Below, in pieces: positions 13,773-14,990 of a stretch of DNA of 14,990 bases. The position numbers and the translations under genes were made by a program. Where the stretch lies: the IMG/VR virus record IMGVR_UViG_2660238423_000033. One strand, 5' to 3'. Each line of letters opens with the position of its first letter. Positions within the stretch are counted from its first letter, which is position 1. The DNA comes from a virus. Lineage: Duplodnaviria > Heunggongvirae > Uroviricota > Caudoviricetes. Below the pieces are notes generated by a model. It saw only the letters and a list, made by a program, of their open reading frames with translations, had not been told where the DNA came from and ran no database searches.

Positions 13773-14990
13773 TTATTTTCTTCTGGCTACTGGTAGCGTG
13801 GTTACGTTTTCATGTGTTCCCGCCAGTATCCCTAACCGCTCCGTCCACATATCCAGCGCATTGCGTTTAGCATCCAGATAACGGGAATGATTATAAACTC
13901 GCTGCATTCCTGGCATCTGATGACCTGTAAGCTGCTCCACGACATGCGGATCAACGCCTAAATCGTTCAGCATGGTTGTAAAGGTGCGCCGGATGTCATG
14001 CAGTGACCAGTGAGGATGATTAAGCCTCCTGTGCGCTAATCTTCCATACTGCGATACGCTGGCCTCCTGTTTCGCTTCCCCCAGCAATAAGCCCGTGTGC
14101 CTGTTCTGCTCCACCAGCTGCGTGACGAACGGCAGGATCGCTTCCGGTATGGGCCGGAATATTGCGACCTTCGTTTTGCTGTGCTCCTTCGGAACGGTCC
14201 ATAGCATTTCCGTAAAATCCCACTCCCCGATCTCCGATAGCCTCAGTTCTACCGTCCTGGCTCCGAAGACAATCAGGAGGCGGATTAACGCGACGTAGTA
14301 AGGGGAAAATATTTTTTTGTCCAGTGCCTGCAATAATTCGCCAAGTTCTTTGTTACTTAAGACACGTTCGCTTATATCCGGTTTTTTCCCAACGTCCGCC
14401 ACGTTCAGATCGTCCAGAACGTTGCTGATTGCATAGCGCCGCCTACGGCAGAACTTAAGCGCCTGTTTGCACGCCTGTAGCACGAATCCGGCAGTAACAG
14501 GCGTTCGCTTTGCCACCTGGTCAAAACAGGCCAGCCAGTGCCGTAGCTCGCATTTATCCAGCGGCATAGCACCAATCTGCTGTATTACGTGATTATTAAG
14601 TCGCCTTTTCAGGGCGATATAATCCACGCGGTTTTCCTTTACGTAATACTCAAGCCAGTAGGTGAGCGCATCGCCAACCGTTACGGGCTTTAACGCTTCC
14701 TGTACGGTGTAATTCATCTCATGACGTGGATTTTTCCCCTCAGCCAGCCATGTGCGACACTGTGCGGCTTTTTCCCTGGCTGCTTTCAGGCTCAGATCAG
14801 GATAACTTCCCAGCTTAATGCGTTCGGGTCGTGTCTCCCTTCCCGTTCCGGCCCTGTATGTGAAATACCAGGTCAATTTCCCTGATGTTAAATATTTCAC
14901 GCTCAGGTTTCCGCCATCACTATAAAACGTGTTTTTCTCCGCTGGCTTACCATGAAGTTTCCTTAGCAAGGTATCGCTCAGTTTGTTCAT
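13773..14990 (-). CDS. int: tyrosine site-specific integrase, P4 family
   Basis: 405 aa; N-terminal arm-binding domain (FYSDGGNLSVKYLTSGKLTWYFTYRAGTGRETRPERIKLGSYPDLSLKAAREKA) and a C-terminal catalytic region (HDIRRTFTT, LTGHQMPGMQRVYNHSRY carrying the catalytic Tyr). The ATG is the last three bases of the window. Confidence 0.95.
   Translation of the reverse strand: MNKLSDTLLRKLHGKPAEKNTFYSDGGNLSVKYLTSGKLTWYFTYRAGTGRETRPERIKLGSYPDLSLKAAREKAAQCRTWLAEGKNPRHEMNYTVQEALKPVTVGDALTYWLEYYVKENRVDYIALKRRLNNHVIQQIGAMPLDKCELRHWLACFDQVAKRTPVTAGFVLQACKQALKFCRRRRYAISNVLDDLNVADVGKKPDISERVLSNKELGELLQALDKKIFSPYYVALIRLLIVFGARTVELRLSEIGEWDFTEMLWTVPKEHSKTKVAIFRPIPEAILPFVTQLVEQNRHTGLLLGEAKQEASVSQYGRLAHRRLNHPHWSLHDIRRTFTTMLNDLGVDPHVVEQLTGHQMPGMQRVYNHSRYLDAKRNALDMWTERLGILAGTHENVTTLPVARRK

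Noticed and set aside
1-14990. Large anti-phage defence cargo (restriction, Abi, toxin-antitoxin, retron-like) inside the island
   Set aside because: No large unassigned ORF exists outside the core modules, and the only NTPase motif belongs to pri-rep. Small ORFan genes remain as candidates but there is no positive evidence.

Overview
The window is almost entirely one compact mobile element, about 14.8 kb, with every confident gene but two small ones on the minus strand. It starts next to an interrupted host gene (nt 1-156, a TqsA-like transporter 5' fragment) and ends at the start codon of a P4-type tyrosine integrase (14990). Reading from the integrase inward: int, alpA, a small divergent regulatory cassette (a ribbon-helix-helix protein on the plus strand), five small ORFan genes, a P4-alpha-like primase/replicase with an iteron origin immediately downstream, a short ssb, a PerC-like regulator, then a complete HK97-type head and packaging set (major capsid, prohead protease, portal, head-closure, gp6-like connector, HNH endonuclease, TerS, TerL). 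There are no tail, tape-measure, baseplate or lysis genes and no rRNA, tRNA or CRISPR. My reading is that this is a phage satellite of the capsid-forming PICI type: it builds and fills its own small heads and must borrow tails and lysis from a helper phage. All protein assignments are from reading the translations and from memory of the families; no database search was run.
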